NCBI RefSeq assembly: GCF_044324875.1
Contig: NZ_CP172185.1
DNA: 64,000 nucleotides
Direction: 5' to 3' (one strand)
Origin: Escherichia coli
GTDB lineage: Bacteria; Pseudomonadota; Gammaproteobacteria; Enterobacterales; Enterobacteriaceae
Position 1 is the stretch's first letter, and each line of letters starts with the position of its first letter. Below the pieces are notes generated by a model. The model made no database searches and was not told where the DNA came from. It worked only from the letters and a program-made list of their open reading frames with translations. Shown here piece after piece: positions 61,279-64,000 of this stretch. A program made the translations under genes and the position numbers.

Positions 61279-61856
61279 AAAAAAGAGACCTTAAAAAACA
61301 CCTCCGTAGTCAGATTGAATATTTTGAAGATAAGGCTGCAAAAACAGGGCTTTCCGGTAAAGAGAACATGAACTTCAGGGCACACCTCCTGACGTGGAGA
61401 ATACTTAATATCACGAGAGATGGACTTGAGCCGCTAGCCTACCTGATGGAAGATGGCGAGACCCTCATACAGGATCCCAATGTGGAAATGGAGAAGAAAG
61501 AGATGGACCTGCCGATAATCGGGCTGTTTGAGATCCCTGAACTAATAGGACGTTATGAACACGAAAACCGCCAGCTTGCCGCCTTTTTATCCGTGACAAT
61601 CGAACGACTGGAAGCCGTGAAACACGATATTCCGTTCGGTTTTGATGAGCGCACCGAGGGTGATTTGCTCAGCTTTCAGATTGCCCTGAACGTGCTCACC
61701 GCAGAGCCTTCTGCGTGGCTACGCCCGGAACGGCACCACAACACGTTCGCATTTACCGTAATTCCCTACGATGCCGCACAGGAAGAGGATAACTTCGAGA
61801 CCAGGCTTGTTCCCCTGTATCAGATTGCGGATTTCTATACGTTGATTCGCTGGTAA
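61275..61856 (+). CDS. hypothetical protein, last gene of the coupled block
   Basis: 193-aa ORF followed by a strong terminator. Confidence 0.55.
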   Translation: MKKRDLKKHLRSQIEYFEDKAAKTGLSGKENMNFRAHLLTWRILNITRDGLEPLAYLMEDGETLIQDPNVEMEKKEMDLPIIGLFEIPELIGRYEHENRQLAAFLSVTIERLEAVKHDIPFGFDERTEGDLLSFQIALNVLTAEPSAWLRPERHHNTFAFTVIPYDAAQEEDNFETRLVPLYQIADFYTLIRW

Positions 61857-61870
61857 TCCCCCACAGTAAA

Positions 61871-61895
61871 ACAGCCCGACCGGGCTGTTTTTTTA
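61871..61895 (+). terminator. rho-independent terminator ending the early/replication operon
   Basis: acagcccg ac cgggctgt followed by ttttttt. Confidence 0.8.
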
Positions 61896-61951
61896 TCTGA
61901 TATTTTTGATAACGTTGACCGGCTCATTAGCAAAAAAGCAAAGAGGAAAAC

Positions 61952-62338
61952 ATGAAAGCCCGTATCGGGATCATCCCGGAAAAAGCCCTGCGCCAGCACC
62001 TGATTGATATTGCCAGAGGGAAGCGAAAACCACAGCCCGACGAGCCAAAGGTATGGTTTTCATCCATCAATGCGGCAGGCCAGACGCTGAGCAATGAAAA
62101 TATCGCCCTTCTGCGTCTTATGAATGAGGAGAAGCCGCAGACCATGACCGCACTTGCGGAGTTATCCGGCAGAAAACTGAGCAACCTGTCTGTAACCCTG
62201 AAAATGCTGAGCAGCTACGGTTTTGTCAGTCTGGAAAAGAAAGGGAATACTGTACACCCGAAAGCACTTTTTACCGATTTTGAAATCATCGTTGATCCGT
62301 CCGTGGGTTCAGTACATCGCGCCACCGCCCGGCCCTGA
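61952..62338 (+). CDS. putative winged-helix transcriptional regulator
   Basis: 128-aa ORF with aagagga RBS; HTH-like segment MTALAELSGRKLSNLSVTLKMLSSYGFVS. Confidence 0.55.
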   Translation: MKARIGIIPEKALRQHLIDIARGKRKPQPDEPKVWFSSINAAGQTLSNENIALLRLMNEEKPQTMTALAELSGRKLSNLSVTLKMLSSYGFVSLEKKGNTVHPKALFTDFEIIVDPSVGSVHRATARP

Positions 62339-62350
62339 AGTGCGCAATAA

Positions 62351-62375
62351 ACAGCCCCGTTCGGGGCTGTTATTT
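62351..62375. terminator. bidirectional terminator between convergent genes
   Basis: acagcccc gttc ggggctgt with T-rich flanks on both strands. Confidence 0.7.
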
Positions 62376-62748
62376 ATTCCAGAATCAGCTGTTCAGGTGT
62401 GCAGCCGTACAGTCTGGCAAGGCGCTCAATATTTGCCCTGCGCGGGCGTTCCGTTCTTTCGAATTCGGACACGGTAGCCTGCCTGATACCCAGCGCATCC
62501 GCCACCTGCTTTTGCGTCATTCCGCGATAGATTCGCCACGCCGCCTGCATTGTGCAGCCACGCTCCGAGAGAATGTTAACCACCTCGTTGGGATACAGCG
62601 TATCAGGCGATGCACACGGTTCGTTCTGGACGTCCTCGTAGAGTTCGTCAAGGTCGCTGTCTCCTGCCAGTTTTTCAAACAACGCCACTGGCAGAATGAC
62701 GGACACCCTGTTACCCGCACCGTCAGTAATAAACTGAATCTGACTCAT
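62374..62748 (-). CDS. HigA-like antitoxin (XRE-family HTH at C-terminus)
   Basis: 124-aa ORF with aggaggg RBS; C-terminal MTQKQVADALGIRQATVSEFERT HTH. Confidence 0.65.
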   Translation of the reverse strand: MSQIQFITDGAGNRVSVILPVALFEKLAGDSDLDELYEDVQNEPCASPDTLYPNEVVNILSERGCTMQAAWRIYRGMTQKQVADALGIRQATVSEFERTERPRRANIERLARLYGCTPEQLILE

Positions 62749-62802
62749 TTACCCCTCCTGCTAAACATCGGTTTATTTTTTAATTTGCTGCCGGTGATAA
62801 AA

Positions 62803-62821
62803 AACGGCGGGTCGCCCCGCC
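62803..62821 (-). terminator. intrinsic-terminator-like hairpin between toxin and antitoxin ORFs
   Basis: Minus strand reads taa-ggcggg gcga cccgcc-GTTTTTT immediately after the toxin stop. Confidence 0.5.
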
Positions 62822-63073
62822 TTAGTATGTTGTCGAGGTTCTCCGCTGAATACGGAGGATCCTGATAACCACTATCTGCCCTCCCTCAATCGTGAACCTG
62901 ACACGGTAATGATTTACCCTGAGTCTGTACTCCCCGCCCGAGTCAGTGAGCTTTTTAATATCCAGATTCTGGAACTTCGGATAGCCATAAAGCGCGTTAA
63001 CTTTCTCGCGTAAGGATTTCTGATCCCTCGCTGGCAAAACCCGTAAATCTTTGATTGCCCGAGGGGTCCACAT
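62822..63073 (-). CDS. RelE/ParE-superfamily toxin (HigB-like)
   Basis: ...KKLTDSGGEYRLRVNHYRVRFTIEGGQIVVIRILRIQRR pattern; start may be 63073 (MWTPRAIKDL) or 63094. Confidence 0.65.
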   Translation of the reverse strand: MWTPRAIKDLRVLPARDQKSLREKVNALYGYPKFQNLDIKKLTDSGGEYRLRVNHYRVRFTIEGGQIVVIRILRIQRRTSTTY

Positions 63074-63139
63074 GATTTCAGTCGTCATAAACACACCGGA
63101 AGCAAATTATTAAAGAGCCGTGCCCGCTGGCACACCTTA

Positions 63140-63183
63140 AATATAGGTTTTAACCCCTATATTGTCAAACAAAATCCCTATAT
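63140..63183. promoter_or_regulatory. repeat cluster upstream of the toxin gene, putative operator
   Basis: Inverted repeat AATATAGG-n8-CCTATATT plus a third CCCTATAT copy 13 bp further. Confidence 0.45.
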
Positions 63184-63677
63184 CATGAAGTAAAAAAGCA
63201 CCTCCCGCGACCTCCCTTTCCGGTGCACGAAAGTGCACAAATTTGCACAATTTTTTTGAACGACTTTTTGCCCTTCCGGCCCGTGTGGCGTCTGGATCCG
63301 TCGGGGATCCGTGCGTGCACGAAAAAAGGCCTTTTTCTGCGCGCAGGTGACGGGGGAACAGCCCGCGTTTCAGGGGGTAAATAGCATTCCCTGAACGATG
63401 TTGCAGTGACACAACAGAATGGCTGTATTTCTCACGCTGAGCGTGAAAAAGACGTAAGGGCTTTTGATTTGATGGGGTGAAAGATAAGGCCGTCAAAATC
63501 GCACTGAGGCAGCGAGAATATGTCGTCAGAGTTGCGGGGTTGCGTAAGCATCCGCCCGGCGATGATGGCTACAGGGCTGGAGATGTTGTGAAATTATCTG
63601 AAGGAATAACCAGCTTGCAGGAGAACCCGGGCAAAGTCAGAATAGCGGCAGGCATCAACTCAAAAGAGGATAATGTC

Positions 63678-64000
63678 ATGAGCCACTTTAATGATTTATG
63701 CCAGATCAATCGTGAAGCTGAAGAAAAACGCGCTGAGGCAGCTCAAATTTTGCGGGATGAAGCGGCAAGGCTGATTGATTTCTATGAAGAATGGCTGGGG
63801 CTTCCATCCATGTACTGGGAAGACGATGATGGCGACCTGCACCGCTACGTGGAGACAGGCTTGCCATGTAAGACAGCGGCGGATTTTAGTCCTCTTTCAG
63901 TCCACAATATCGCATCTGCACCAGACAATATTTTCCGCATGGCCGTGCGAACCTGGGTTAAGTCATCTGACAGCAGCTACCCGGTAAGCGTGGTTATTGC
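63678..64000 (+). CDS. hypothetical protein, 5' part only (runs off window end)
   Basis: ATG at 63678 with aaagagga RBS; frame open to 64000. Not in the ORF track because no stop is reached; in-frame GTG/TTG alternatives up to 63477. Confidence 0.5.
   Translation, partial: MSHFNDLCQINREAEEKRAEAAQILRDEAARLIDFYEEWLGLPSMYWEDDDGDLHRYVETGLPCKTAADFSPLSVHNIASAPDNIFRMAVRTWVKSSDSSYPVSVVI

Larger units (their letters stand above)
52109..64000. mobile_element. P2/186-family temperate prophage, left arm (int, C repressor, early operon, replication gene A, accessory island); runs off window end
   Basis: Integrase, C-type repressor, palindromic operator, translationally coupled early genes and a rolling-circle A protein, at the position where ihfA would normally follow btuC. 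Left boundary somewhere in 52026..52214, not resolved. Confidence 0.8.

Noticed and set aside
63137-63496. 119-aa minus-strand ORF
   Set aside because: Covers the repeat-rich promoter region of the toxin gene; no RBS; likely spurious.

Overview
The window is an Escherichia coli K-12-like chromosomal segment. It opens inside ribC and then follows the familiar gene order mdtK, ydhQ, valV-valW, ydhRSTUXWVYZ, pykF, lpp, ldtE, sufEDSCBA, rydB, ydiH, menI, ydiJ, ydiK, rprA, ydiL-N, ydiB, aroD, ydiF, ydiO, ydiP, ydiQRST, fadK, ppsA, ppsR, aroH, ydiE, selO, ydiV, nlpC and btuDEC. Gene names are assigned from recognised protein sequences and synteny, recalled from memory and not searched. Directly upstream of btuC (about 52.1 kb), where ihfA would be expected, the sequence switches to the left arm of a P2/186-family temperate prophage that runs off the window end. 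It carries a tyrosine integrase, a C-type repressor, a palindromic operator, a rightward early operon of small coupled genes, the rolling-circle replication protein A and an accessory region. The most interesting candidates are all in the prophage: an AT-rich gene coupled to the 3' end of int, an antisense 2-TM membrane protein divergent from a triple-HTH protein inside the early operon, a structured ~320-bp non-coding stretch, and a distal island with a HigB/HigA-like pair and an ORF continuing past 64000. No CRISPR array, rRNA gene or IS element was seen. All start coordinates are inferred by eye and all homology calls need database confirmation.
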